Shown here piece by piece: positions 1 to 9,146 of a DNA stretch of 64,000 nucleotides (its first letter is position 1; each line of letters opens with the position of its first letter). The notes below the pieces were generated by a model, which was not told the DNA's origin, made no database searches, and saw only the letters and a program-made list of their open reading frames with translations. This stretch comes from an uncultured Candidatus Rokubacteria bacterium (GTDB taxonomy: Bacteria > Methylomirabilota > Methylomirabilia > Rokubacteriales > CSP1-6), in assembly GCA_963762145.1 (NCBI GenBank), contig CAVXJS010000007.1, positions 1-64,000 on the forward strand, given 5' to 3'. A program made the translations under genes and the position numbers.

Positions 1-738
1 TCGGGAGGCCGAGATACGACAGCGCGATCGCGGCGATGGAGACCGCCAGCATGGCCACGTAGCCGACGAACGCCACCGCCATGGCCGGGACCCCCGCCCC
101 CTGGCCGAAGATGACCGTGGTCAGGTAGGCGGCGAAGGCCGCGCACCACGCGCCCAGGGCGAGGTTGCCCTTGGCCAGCGCGATGGCCATGGTGACCAGG
201 GCGGCCAGCCAGAGTGTGTCGCGCAGGATCATGACCCACGGCTCGCTGTTGCCGAGCCAGAGGATCGGCAGCACGATTCGCCGGGTGCCGGGCCCCCCGC
301 CGACCTTGGCCGCGTGCTTGCGGGTGCACCGGAGCCCGCTACGCCGCCGCATGACGCGCACGGCCTCGGTGGTCGCGCGCGAGGCCACGTTGTGGGAGTT
401 GTTCAGCTTGTCGGGGGTGATATCCGGCGGAAACTTGGTGATCGCCTTGTTGGTCTCATCGGTGAAGTCCTTCTTGCTGACGGTGACGTCGTAGCTTCCC
501 GGGCTGAGCCCGCTGAACGTCACCTCCCCGTTGCCGGCGGTGAGCTGAGGCTTCGTGCTCGTCGGTCCGCTGATGCTGACCTCGACGCCGTTGAACGGCC
601 GGTCCGGCGAGCGGGTGCCGAGCTTGAGATCCGTGTCCCAGCACAGGATCTGCAGGTAGACCTTCACCTTCAGGGTGCCGTCGGTGCACGGATGGCAGAT
701 CTCGTCGGGCGGAGCGGTCTCGGAGCCGGGCGGCTCAT
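1..738 (-). CDS. Putative T6SS-type cargo/effector (3' end off window): CxxC, transthyretin/carboxypeptidase-regulatory-like domain, then multiple TM helices
   Basis: Not in the ORF track because it has no stop in the window. Manual translation gives PPDEICHPCTDGTLKVKVYLQ...GNGEVTFSGLSPGSYDVTVSKKDF...TLWLAALVTMAIALAKGNLALGAWCAAFAAYLTTVIFG...AVAFVGYVAMLAVSIAAIALSYLGLP, open to base 1. ATG 738 overlaps the DUF4123 stop but is 1 nt out of frame (probable indel); the nearest in-frame start downstream is GTG 667. Confidence 0.7.
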
Positions 739-1652
739 CGCGCCGCCGCTTGCCGGGAGGCGAGCCGGTCGCGGATCCCTTCCAGCACCGCGCGGCGCTG
801 CGCCTCGGCCGCGCCCTGCACCAGGGCCTCGTCGTCGCCCCCGAATCCGAGCACGAGCGCCTCGGCCAGCGTCGTCACGTCGCTCCCGGCCCGAAGGCCG
901 AGGGTGAGGCCGAGCGTCCGGGCCCGGACGACGGTGCGCGCCACGTCCTCGTCGACGCGGCCCTCGAGCGCGGCCGGGAACTGCTCGCGGAGCCAGCGCA
1001 CGCAGCGCGCATCGTACCGGGCGAGCGCGTCTTGTCGCAGGATTGTCTCGTGGCGCTCGGTGAGGCGGAAGGGATCGGTGGCGCTCGGAGGTCGGACGTC
1101 CGCGACCGCGCCGGCGGGCGGCCGCAGCGCGCGGAAGCTCGGCGTACCGTCGGGCCCGCGGCTCTCGAGGACGAAGAACGCCTGGACCGGCCCGAAGAGC
1201 TGCGCGCGCTCGGACTCGGTGGATCCCGCGAGCAGCGGCGGCAACACGCGGGAATCGTAGAAGCGTAGGTAGTTCCGGGCGCCCCGAGGGTCGAGCACCA
1301 GCAGCAGGCGGCGGAAGTGGGTCTGGAGCTCCTCGAGGGTGGCGTTCGCGAGCACGAATACCGCGCTCTCGAGCAGGTCGGGGCCGACGGCCAGCCAGAG
1401 GGGAAGCGGTCCCGGCAGCACGACGCGCGCGATCGAGGGCATGACGTGCCCGAGCGTCTCCTCGGCCCCGGCCCGGTAGAGTCCGAGGGCGGGGACGCCC
1501 AGCTCTCGCAGCATCACGGAAAGGTCGGGGATCCGGGCGCCGTCGAGCAGCGCGAAGAGGCGGCCGTCGTCGTGGCCGCAGAGGTCGGCGAGGACCGCGC
1601 GAAGGGCGTTTGCCGGCGGCGGCTCGTCGGTGGGCGGCTCAGTGATGGCCAA
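735..1652 (-). CDS. DUF4123 domain protein (T6SS effector chaperone/adaptor, Tec/Tap family)
   Basis: Motifs LFALLDGARIP and HFRRLLLV..RGARNYLRFYDSRVL are typical of DUF4123; the gene overlaps the PAAR gene end. Confidence 0.85.
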   Translation of the reverse strand: MAITEPPTDEPPPANALRAVLADLCGHDDGRLFALLDGARIPDLSVMLRELGVPALGLYRAGAEETLGHVMPSIARVVLPGPLPLWLAVGPDLLESAVFVLANATLEELQTHFRRLLLVLDPRGARNYLRFYDSRVLPPLLAGSTESERAQLFGPVQAFFVLESRGPDGTPSFRALRPPAGAVADVRPPSATDPFRLTERHETILRQDALARYDARCVRWLREQFPAALEGRVDEDVARTVVRARTLGLTLGLRAGSDVTTLAEALVLGFGGDDEALVQGAAEAQRRAVLEGIRDRLASRQAAAR

Positions 1653-2163
1653 ACGGGCAGTGCTCCACGAGCGGTGTGCCCTCCGCGGCGGCGGCTTTCA
1701 GCGCGAGCGACTGGGGCGTCGAGGGCGCCTTCGGCGCCTGGGCGGCGGCGATCGAGGCGGCCTGCATGCTGGCGAGGTTCGTCGCCGCCGCGGTGCGCGT
1801 CGAGGGGATCGCGCTCGCCGAGGGCATCGCGGCGGCCGGTCCCGCCGCCCACGGCGTCTCGCCGATGATGACGGTGGGACAGCCGACGGCGATGGGATTC
1901 ACCGGCCCCATGGCCGAGCCCGGCTTCTCCACCACGATGTCGAGGACGCGGCAGGCCATCTGCATGTTGATGAACACGTTGATGCTCCCGACGATCACGC
2001 AGCCCACGCCGTCGGCGCCGCTGATGCTCGTGGCCGGACAGGCGTGCTGGTCGATGTTGGTGCGCCAGGCCGGCAGGCCTCCGATCAGGGTGTTGGGGCT
2101 TCCCGGCCCGGGCAGGAGCGGGCTGCCGTGCGTGGTCTGATCCTTGATTCGCGCCGCGGGCAT
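1639..2163 (-). CDS. PAAR domain protein with Ala-rich linker and C-terminal tail
   Basis: MPAARIKDQTTHG..GSPNTLIGGLPAWR..HAC..GSINVFINMQMACRVLD..GCPTVIIG, then a ~70-aa extension ending QSLALKAAAAEGTPLVEHCPFGHH. Alternative start at 2172. Confidence 0.9.
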   Translation of the reverse strand: MPAARIKDQTTHGSPLLPGPGSPNTLIGGLPAWRTNIDQHACPATSISGADGVGCVIVGSINVFINMQMACRVLDIVVEKPGSAMGPVNPIAVGCPTVIIGETPWAAGPAAAMPSASAIPSTRTAAATNLASMQAASIAAAQAPKAPSTPQSLALKAAAAEGTPLVEHCPFGHH

Positions 2164-2232
2164 TGCGGGCATGCTTGCCGAGCATCTTCCTCCGGCGCGG
2201 GCCCAGCGTCAATATCATCCCGGCGGCGGGAG

Positions 2233-2997
2233 CTACTGGCCCAGGCGGGTGAGCGCGAAGCGCACCGGCTCCGACGACACCTGGATCAGGCCGTCGAACG
2301 GTCCGTCCATCTCCAGGGTCAGGAAGACCGCGCCGGCGACCGAGAGCGCACAGAGGATCAGGACGGCGAGCACGGTGGCGTTCGCCGGCGCCTGCAAGCC
2401 GAAGCTCGTGAACGTGATCGTGAGCCAGAACACGAGCACGATGAGAAACGGCCAGGGGATCGCGGTGCCGAGCTCGCCCAGCACGACCCACCGCGATCTC
2501 AACACGGTCTCGGCCTGATCGGAGGCACGAGATTGCAGCGACCGCTGCGCGGCGGTCGACGGCGTCATGGCACGGATCTGGTCCACGATCCATTCCGCCG
2601 TTTCCGATTCCTTGTTCACGGCCAGTTTCGGGCCGTCTCGGGACGGATCGTCGCTCCAGATCTCGTCGATCCGGCGGGCCACGACGCGCTTCAAGGTCTC
2701 ACGGATATCCTTCGTCTCGGGTCCATAGCGAGCCAGGAGGCGATCAGTCGCGATCACATCGGCGGCCATGCTCCTGATCGACGTGTTCAAGGTGTCGAAG
2801 GAGCTCTTGGCCGAGGCCGTCATCAGGCCGAGGACCAGCGCGGTCAGCGTGGCGACGAGCCCGATCCCGAGTCTCACCGTGTCCCGGGATTCATCGCGGA
2901 GATGCTCGGGCGGCAGGGTCGCGCGCAGCCACATCCCGAACAGCGCGCCCGCGAGGGTGCACACGAACACGATCATGCCGATCCAGAGCGGCTTCAT
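2233..2997 (-). CDS. DUF4239 / bestrophin-like membrane protein
   Basis: GIGLVATLTALVLGLMTASAKSSFD and LTLEMDGPFDGLIQVSSEP; about 4 TM segments. Confidence 0.8.
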   Translation of the reverse strand: MKPLWIGMIVFVCTLAGALFGMWLRATLPPEHLRDESRDTVRLGIGLVATLTALVLGLMTASAKSSFDTLNTSIRSMAADVIATDRLLARYGPETKDIRETLKRVVARRIDEIWSDDPSRDGPKLAVNKESETAEWIVDQIRAMTPSTAAQRSLQSRASDQAETVLRSRWVVLGELGTAIPWPFLIVLVFWLTITFTSFGLQAPANATVLAVLILCALSVAGAVFLTLEMDGPFDGLIQVSSEPVRFALTRLGQ

Positions 2998-3103
2998 CGG
3001 TACCTGGTCAGGGTAGGGAGGGCCTGGACGGCTGTCCATAGGACCAAAGGCCCATCGAAATCCGCTTGCCCGTGCGCTGCCGTCTTTGATCTAATCGCGG
3101 GCC

Positions 3104-3883
3104 ATGATCTACACCCTGTTCGGCCTCGGGCTGGCCGTCGCGCTGTTCGGGGCGCTGCTGTTGCTCATCGAGTGCGGCCGGCGCATCGGAGGCTGGGCGC
3201 TGGCCCGGGATCCCGTCGGAGCCCGTGCGGGGTCCGGCATCGTCGACGGGGCGGTGTTCAGCCTCCTCGGGCTGCTCGTGGCCTTCACCTTCTCCGGGGC
3301 GGCGGCGCGATTCGACACGCGACGGGCGCTCATCGTGGAGGAGACCAACGCCATCGGCACCGCGTACCTCCGCCTCGACGTCCTGCCCACCGCCGCCCAG
3401 CCGCTCCTGCGGGATCGGTTCCGCGAGTACGTCGAGTCGCGGCTGGCCGCCTATCGCGCGGTGCCCAACATGGCCGCGGTCCGGGCCGAGCTGGCGCGGA
3501 CGGCGAGGCTCCAGGAGGAGATCTGGCGCCGCGCGGTGGCCGCGTGCGGCGAGCCCGGTGTGCCGCCGTCCACCGCGACGCTCGTGTTGCCGGCGCTCAA
3601 CGCGATGATCGACATCGTCAACACCCGGACCATCGCGGGCCAGACCCATCCGCCGCTGGTCATCTTCGTGACGCTCATCGGGCTGGCACTCGTGGGCGCG
3701 CTGCTCGTCGGATACGGGATGGGCGGCGCGGGCTCCCACAACTGGGTCCACATGATCGGCTTCGCCCTTGCACTCGCGGTGGCGATCTACGTCATCCTCG
3801 ACCTCGAATATCCCCGCCTCGGGCTGATCCGTGTCGACGAGTTCGACCTCGCGCTGGAGGAGCTGCGCCAGACCATGAAGTGA
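3104..3883 (+). CDS. DUF4239 / bestrophin-like membrane protein
   Basis: FSLLGLLVAFTFSGAAARFDTRRALIVEETNAIGTAYLRLD and ILDLEYPRLGLIRVD. Confidence 0.85.
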   Translation: MIYTLFGLGLAVALFGALLLLIECGRRIGGWALARDPVGARAGSGIVDGAVFSLLGLLVAFTFSGAAARFDTRRALIVEETNAIGTAYLRLDVLPTAAQPLLRDRFREYVESRLAAYRAVPNMAAVRAELARTARLQEEIWRRAVAACGEPGVPPSTATLVLPALNAMIDIVNTRTIAGQTHPPLVIFVTLIGLALVGALLVGYGMGGAGSHNWVHMIGFALALAVAIYVILDLEYPRLGLIRVDEFDLALEELRQTMK

Positions 3884-4723
3884 CTACCCCTTGAGCGCCC
3901 CGAACGTCAGCCCGCGCACGATGTGCTTCTGCACCAGCATCGCCAGGATGAGCACCGGCAGCGTGATGATCGTGGCCGCCGCGGTGAGCCCACCCCAGTT
4001 GATCTCCTCGTAGGAGAGAAAGCTGTAGACCGCGATCGGCAGCGTGCGCGTCTTGAAGCCGGCGATGATGAGCGAGAACAGGAAGTTGTTCCACGAGAAG
4101 ATGAACGAGAGGATGGCCGTCGCCACGATGCCCGGCTTGGCCAGCGGGAGGGCCACGCGCAGGAAGGCCGCCCAGTGCGAGCAGCCGTCGAGCCTGGCCG
4201 ATTCGATCAGCTCGCCGGGGACGTCCTCGAAGAAGCCGATCATGACCCACAGCACCAGGGGCAGGGCCACGATCAGGTGGGTGAGGATGAGCGCCGAGTA
4301 CGTGTCGATCATCCCCGCCTTGGTGAACAGGATGAACCACGGGATGAGATAGCCGATGCCCGGGGCCATGCGCGCGGTCAGGATGCCGAGGGCGATGCCG
4401 GTGCGCTTGAAACGCGCGATGGCGTAGGCGCCCGGCAGGCCCAGGAGCAGGGCGAGGCCCGTCGAGCCGGCCGCGACCACCAGGCTGTTCCAGGCGAAGG
4501 TGAAGAACGGGTTCTTGATGAAGACCTCGCGGTAGTTGGCCAGGGTCGGCCGGAAGACCCAGATGGGCGGATAGGCGGTGTTCTCCACCTGGGTCTTGAG
4601 CGAGGACAGGAGCATCCACGCGAGCGGGAAGAGGAACGGCACGAGGAGCACCACCAGCAGAACGTAGGTCCACGGGCTCACCCGGTCCTGCCGCCAGCTC
4701 CTGATCGCCGACCTCTTTCTCAC
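3884..4723 (-). CDS. Carbohydrate ABC transporter permease (MalG-like)
   Basis: EAA loop ELIESARLDGCS and FIFSWNNFLF; GTG start overlaps the upstream TGA. Confidence 0.92.
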   Translation of the reverse strand: MRKRSAIRSWRQDRVSPWTYVLLVVLLVPFLFPLAWMLLSSLKTQVENTAYPPIWVFRPTLANYREVFIKNPFFTFAWNSLVVAAGSTGLALLLGLPGAYAIARFKRTGIALGILTARMAPGIGYLIPWFILFTKAGMIDTYSALILTHLIVALPLVLWVMIGFFEDVPGELIESARLDGCSHWAAFLRVALPLAKPGIVATAILSFIFSWNNFLFSLIIAGFKTRTLPIAVYSFLSYEEINWGGLTAAATIITLPVLILAMLVQKHIVRGLTFGALKG

Positions 4724-5613
4724 CACGATCCCCGTCGCACCTTGATCAGGAGCAGGCTCACCCCGAGCACGAGGGCGAACAGGATGACGAGGAGCGAGCT
4801 CGCGTAGCCGATGTGGAAGTAGAAGAGGCCGACCTGGAAGGTGTAGACGTTGAGCGTCTCGGAGGCGAAGCCCGGCCCGCCCTGGGTCATCACGTAGATG
4901 ATGTCGAAGGTCTTGAGGCAGTCGATGGCGCGGAACAGGATGGCGACGACGATGGTCGGGCGCAGCAGGGGCAGCGTGATGCGCCAGAACATCTGGGCGG
5001 TGGAGGCGCCGTCGATCTGCGCCGATTCGTACGGCTCGATCGGCAGGGTGGCGAGGCCGGCGAGGGTGATCAGGGTGATGAGCGGCGTCCACTCCCAGGT
5101 GTCGACCACCGCGAGGGCGGGAATCACGATGGCGGCATTGCTGACCCAGTTGTACGGCCCGAGGCCCACCAGCCCGACGAGGTAGTTCATCACCCCGAGC
5201 GTCGGGTTGTACATCATCATCCACACGAGCGCGATGGCCACCGGGGTCGCCACCATGGGCAGGAGGAAGATGGCGCGCATGACCCCCTTGCCGCGAAACG
5301 GCCGGTTCAGCAGCAGCGCGACCGACACCCCCAGCACGAGCTGGAGCGCGGTGGCGAGCACCGTGAAGTAGATGGTCAGCCACAGCGCGTTGCGAAAGCG
5401 CTCGTCGTCGACGAAGGCGCGCTTGAAGTTGGCGAGCCCCACGAAGTCCGGGGTCGTGAGGCTCGAGGCGTACCAGGAGTGCACGCTCATGTAGAGGGTG
5501 AAGACGACCGGGAAGACCATCAGGACCGCGACCACGGCGACGGCGGGGAGGGTGAAGACCGGCACCGGGTGGCGCTCGACGAATCGCGACCACCCGGTGC
5601 CGGACGGAGCCAA
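4720..5613 (-). CDS. Carbohydrate ABC transporter permease (MalF-like)
   Basis: EPYESAQIDGAS, FRAIDCLKTFDIIYVMTQGGPG. Confidence 0.92.
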   Translation of the reverse strand: MAPSGTGWSRFVERHPVPVFTLPAVAVVAVLMVFPVVFTLYMSVHSWYASSLTTPDFVGLANFKRAFVDDERFRNALWLTIYFTVLATALQLVLGVSVALLLNRPFRGKGVMRAIFLLPMVATPVAIALVWMMMYNPTLGVMNYLVGLVGLGPYNWVSNAAIVIPALAVVDTWEWTPLITLITLAGLATLPIEPYESAQIDGASTAQMFWRITLPLLRPTIVVAILFRAIDCLKTFDIIYVMTQGGPGFASETLNVYTFQVGLFYFHIGYASSLLVILFALVLGVSLLLIKVRRGSW

Positions 5614-5620
5614 CGCGGGG

Positions 5621-6943
5621 CTACTTCTTCTCGGTCTCGGCCATGATCCGCTTGACGTCGGCGGCCGCCTTGTTGGCCGCGGCCTTGACGTCGCCGCCCT
5701 GGATCGACGTCACGATGGCGGCGCCGATGGCGTCACGGCACTCCGCGACGGCCACCACCGGCGGGTTCCACAGGGGCGTGCCGACCTTCGAGCCCACGGT
5801 GAGCGACTCCTTCAGGTCCGCGGGCACCTTCGCGCTGCCCTTGGGATCCTTCCAGACCGACTCGCGCGCGCCGAGCACGCCCTTCTCGCTCTGGACCGCC
5901 ATCACCTGCTCCTTCGCGGTGGCCCACTGCATGAAGAGCCACGCCGCCTTCTGGTTCTTGCCGCTCTTCGGCATCGCGAGCCCCCACGCCGCCACCGTCG
6001 AGCCGTACTGGCCCTTGGGGCCCTTGGGGAATACCGCGTAGCCGACCTTGCCGACCACCTTCGACTTCTGCGCGTCCTCGATGACCGGGAACAGCGAATT
6101 GGCGTCGGTGTACATCGCGGCCTTGCCCTGGGAGAAGATCGACGACGCCTCGTACCAGTGGTTGTTCTCCGAGCCCGGAGGCCCGTACAGGCGCAGGAGC
6201 CGGCCGTACAGCTCCAGCGCCCTCATGCCGTCCTCGTTGTTGAACGACGGCTCCCGGTTGGCGCCGAGCCAGGTGCTGCCGCTCGCGTGCAGGTACGCGG
6301 CGAACTGCGAGGTCGCGGCCGCGCGCTTGCCGCGCGCGACGATGCCGAAGCCCGGCTGGCCGTCGTCGGTCATCGCCTTGCCGTTCAAAGCCTTGGCGGC
6401 CGCCTCGAGCTCGTCGAGCGTGGTGGGCACCTTCACGTTGTACTTCTGGAAGACGTCCTTCCGGTACATCAGCGAGGTGTTCTCGACCTGGATGGGCACC
6501 CCCACGAGCTTGCCCTCGATCACCATGGCCTCGCGCGTCTTCTCCAGGAAGTCGTTCCAGTTGTAGTCGGGTGCGGTGAGCGTCGGGCTCTTCAGCATCT
6601 CGTCGAGCGGCTGCAGCCACCCGGCGCGCATGTACTTGAGCCCCTCCTGGGCGGGCATGCTCATGAACACGTCGATGGAGCTGGACCCCGAGGTCAGCTC
6701 GACCAGCACCTTGGCCCGGAACTGGTCCTCGGGATAGACCTCGGCGATGAGCTTGATGCCGGTCCGCGCCTCGAAGTCCTTGAGGTGCGGCTCGATGGCG
6801 CCCTGCCACGGGTGCTTGTTCATGAGCACGCGGAGCTGGGTGCCCTTGGCCTGCTGCCAGTCGAATTGCTGGGCGAGCGCCGGCGTCGCCACCGCGAGCA
6901 GCAGCGCCCCGCCGAGTAGGGACATTCGTCGAATGATTCGCAT
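5621..6943 (-). CDS. Sugar ABC transporter substrate-binding protein
   Basis: Signal peptide MRIIRRMSLLGGALLLAVATPALAQ; YRKDVF..KVPTTLDEL; AAWLFMQWAT. Confidence 0.9.
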   Translation of the reverse strand: MRIIRRMSLLGGALLLAVATPALAQQFDWQQAKGTQLRVLMNKHPWQGAIEPHLKDFEARTGIKLIAEVYPEDQFRAKVLVELTSGSSSIDVFMSMPAQEGLKYMRAGWLQPLDEMLKSPTLTAPDYNWNDFLEKTREAMVIEGKLVGVPIQVENTSLMYRKDVFQKYNVKVPTTLDELEAAAKALNGKAMTDDGQPGFGIVARGKRAAATSQFAAYLHASGSTWLGANREPSFNNEDGMRALELYGRLLRLYGPPGSENNHWYEASSIFSQGKAAMYTDANSLFPVIEDAQKSKVVGKVGYAVFPKGPKGQYGSTVAAWGLAMPKSGKNQKAAWLFMQWATAKEQVMAVQSEKGVLGARESVWKDPKGSAKVPADLKESLTVGSKVGTPLWNPPVVAVAECRDAIGAAIVTSIQGGDVKAAANKAAADVKRIMAETEKK

Positions 6944-7067
6944 GAAGGCCTCCTTGCCTTTCCGATCACGAGGTGGGTGTCGACCGATCTTGCCAGATCG
7001 CCCGGGACGGGTCAAACCACCGGCGCCCCTCGCGCCGGGCGGACCGCCTTCTGCTATAGTGCGCGCC

Positions 7068-8627
7068 ATGTTCGAACAACCCCTGCCGCGATGGCTCGCC
7101 TGGGCGGAGGACCCCGAGCAGGCTCGTCGCGCGCCCTTTCTCGCGCGCTCGCCGCTCTTCGCCGGCCTGCCGCGCCGCCTCCTGGCCCGGCTGGCCACGC
7201 GGTTCTTCGAGAAGCTCTATCACCCGGGCGACGTGGTCTTCGAGGAGGGGGATCCGGGCCGGGCGCTGTTCGTCGTCGTCGAGGGCGAGGTGCAGATCAC
7301 CCGCGCGACCGCGCAGGGCCCGTACGTTCTGAACAAGCTCGGCCCCGGGGACGCCTTCGGCGAGCTCGCCCTCATCGACGACTTCCCGCGCTCCGCCACC
7401 GCGCGGGCCGCCACGCCGGCGCAGCTGCTCATCCTCTACAAGACCGACTTCGACGGGCTCATGGAGGGCAATGCCCGCATCGCCGTCGCGGTGATGCGCA
7501 ACCTCTCCCGGATGCTTGCCATCTATGCGCGGCGCAACACGATCCCCGCGAGCGAGCAGAGCCGGGGCCCCGAGAGCGGCCGGCCCGCTGTGAAGCTGAC
7601 CCGGATTCTCACGTGGGCCGGTGTCGCCGCGCTCCTCTGGCTGGCGCGGGGCATGATCCTGCCCGTGTTCTTCGCGGCCGCGCTCGCCTACCTCCTGAGC
7701 CCGGTGGTCGTGTGGGCGGACACCCTCGCCATCCGGCGGAGCGTGGCGGTGGGCGCGCTGTTCGCGGTCATCATCGTGGTGCTGGTCGTCGTGGGGTTCC
7801 TGCTGGGACCGGGGATGCTCGCCGAGGGAGCGGCGCTGATGGATCGCCTTCCCGGGCTGGCGCGGCAGATCGACCTCGGCCTCGACGCCGCGGTGCGCGA
7901 GCTCGCGGAGTCGGCGCCGGCGGTCCGGCGCCTCCTGCCGGAGGGCGGTGGCTGGGTCCAGGGCTTCGTCTCCGATCTGGGCACGGCCGAGCCGGCCCAT
8001 CTCTTCGAGGAAGCGGGGCACTTCTTCCTGCTGACGATCCTGGTGCCGTTCTTCGCCTTCTTCCTGTTGCGGGACATGCAGCGGCTCATCGCCTCGGTCA
8101 TGAACCGGCTGCCGCCGCAGCACGTGGAGACGTCGGTCGCGGTGTGGCGCGAGCTCAACGGGGTCATCGGGCGCTACATCCGCGGGGTCGTGCTGGACGG
8201 CCTCGTGGTGGGTGCGCTGGCCGCCCTGGGCTTGTGGGCGGCGCGCGTGCCGTATCCGCTCCTGCTCGGCGCGTTTGCCGGCCTCGCCAACGTCGTGCCG
8301 TTCGTGGGGCCGCTACTCTCGACGGTGGCCGCGGGACTCGTGGTGGTGCTGACGCCGGGGCAGGGGCTGGCCGGTGTCGTGCGCGTGGCGCTGCTCTTCC
8401 TGGTCATCAAGGTCCTCGACGACACCATCATCCAGCCGCTGACCATCGGGCGGAGCGTTCACCTCCATCCGGCGCTCCTGCTGGGCTCGGTGGTGGTGGG
8501 CAGCCACGCGCTCGGCGTGCTCGGCATGATCATCGCCGTGCCGGTGGCCACGGTGCTGCAGGAGACGGTTCGCCTGCTCCTCGAGCATCGCCGCGTGCTG
8601 GCGCGACACGACCGCCTGGTCGTCTGA
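7068..8627 (+). CDS. Cyclic-nucleotide-binding domain plus AI-2E family transporter (one ORF as sequenced; may be two genes split at 7590)
   Basis: VFEEGDPG..FGELALIDDFPRSATA (cNMP cassette), followed by AGLANVVPFVG..QPLTIGRSVHLHP..GMIIAVP (AI-2E). A GTGA overlap motif lies at 7590-7593. Confidence 0.8.
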   Translation: MFEQPLPRWLAWAEDPEQARRAPFLARSPLFAGLPRRLLARLATRFFEKLYHPGDVVFEEGDPGRALFVVVEGEVQITRATAQGPYVLNKLGPGDAFGELALIDDFPRSATARAATPAQLLILYKTDFDGLMEGNARIAVAVMRNLSRMLAIYARRNTIPASEQSRGPESGRPAVKLTRILTWAGVAALLWLARGMILPVFFAAALAYLLSPVVVWADTLAIRRSVAVGALFAVIIVVLVVVGFLLGPGMLAEGAALMDRLPGLARQIDLGLDAAVRELAESAPAVRRLLPEGGGWVQGFVSDLGTAEPAHLFEEAGHFFLLTILVPFFAFFLLRDMQRLIASVMNRLPPQHVETSVAVWRELNGVIGRYIRGVVLDGLVVGALAALGLWAARVPYPLLLGAFAGLANVVPFVGPLLSTVAAGLVVVLTPGQGLAGVVRVALLFLVIKVLDDTIIQPLTIGRSVHLHPALLLGSVVVGSHALGVLGMIIAVPVATVLQETVRLLLEHRRVLARHDRLVV

Positions 8628-8639
8628 GCCGGGCGGCGA

Positions 8640-9146
8640 TCAGCCGCGCTCGGGCAGGGACTGGCCCTTGACCGGATTGGCCACCGCTTCCTCGAGCGTC
8701 TTCGCCGGGCGCCACTCGTTGGCGGCGCGCACGGTGCCCTCGGTGCCCACCTGGTCGATGTTCCAGTAGATCTCCAGATTGTTGCCGTCGGGATCCTGGA
8801 ACTCGATGGCGATCTGACAGCCGGCGCGGCGGCGGCCCTCGAAGTGGATCGGCACGCCCCGCTCGCGCAGCAACGCGCGGGCCCGGAAGACCTCGTCGAG
8901 CGAGCCGACCTCGAAGGCGAAGTGGTTCAGGCTGGTGCGCTCGCTCTTCTGGGCGCCTCCGACGAGGGCGACGCCGTGGTGATCGGTGTTGACCCGGAGG
9001 AAGACCATGCCGCCCGGCACCATGGTGTCGGGATAGCGGTCGCTCACCTCGAGGCCGAGGACGCCGGTGTAGAAGGCCACCGCGCGATCCAGGTCGGTGA
9101 CGTTGAGCACGACGTGGCCGATCTTGCGGAGCTGGAATTGCGCCAT
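8640..9146 (-). CDS. VOC/glyoxalase family protein (extradiol dioxygenase-like)
   Basis: IGHVVLNVTDL..FYTGVLG, HHGVAL, LNHFAFEV, FQDPDGNNLE. Confidence 0.88.
   Translation of the reverse strand: MAQFQLRKIGHVVLNVTDLDRAVAFYTGVLGLEVSDRYPDTMVPGGMVFLRVNTDHHGVALVGGAQKSERTSLNHFAFEVGSLDEVFRARALLRERGVPIHFEGRRRAGCQIAIEFQDPDGNNLEIYWNIDQVGTEGTVRAANEWRPAKTLEEAVANPVKGQSLPERG

Noticed and set aside
1630-3894. 754-aa plus-strand ORF
   Set aside because: Arg/Gly/Ala-rich shadow ORF overlapping the PAAR gene and both DUF4239 genes; a high-GC artefact.
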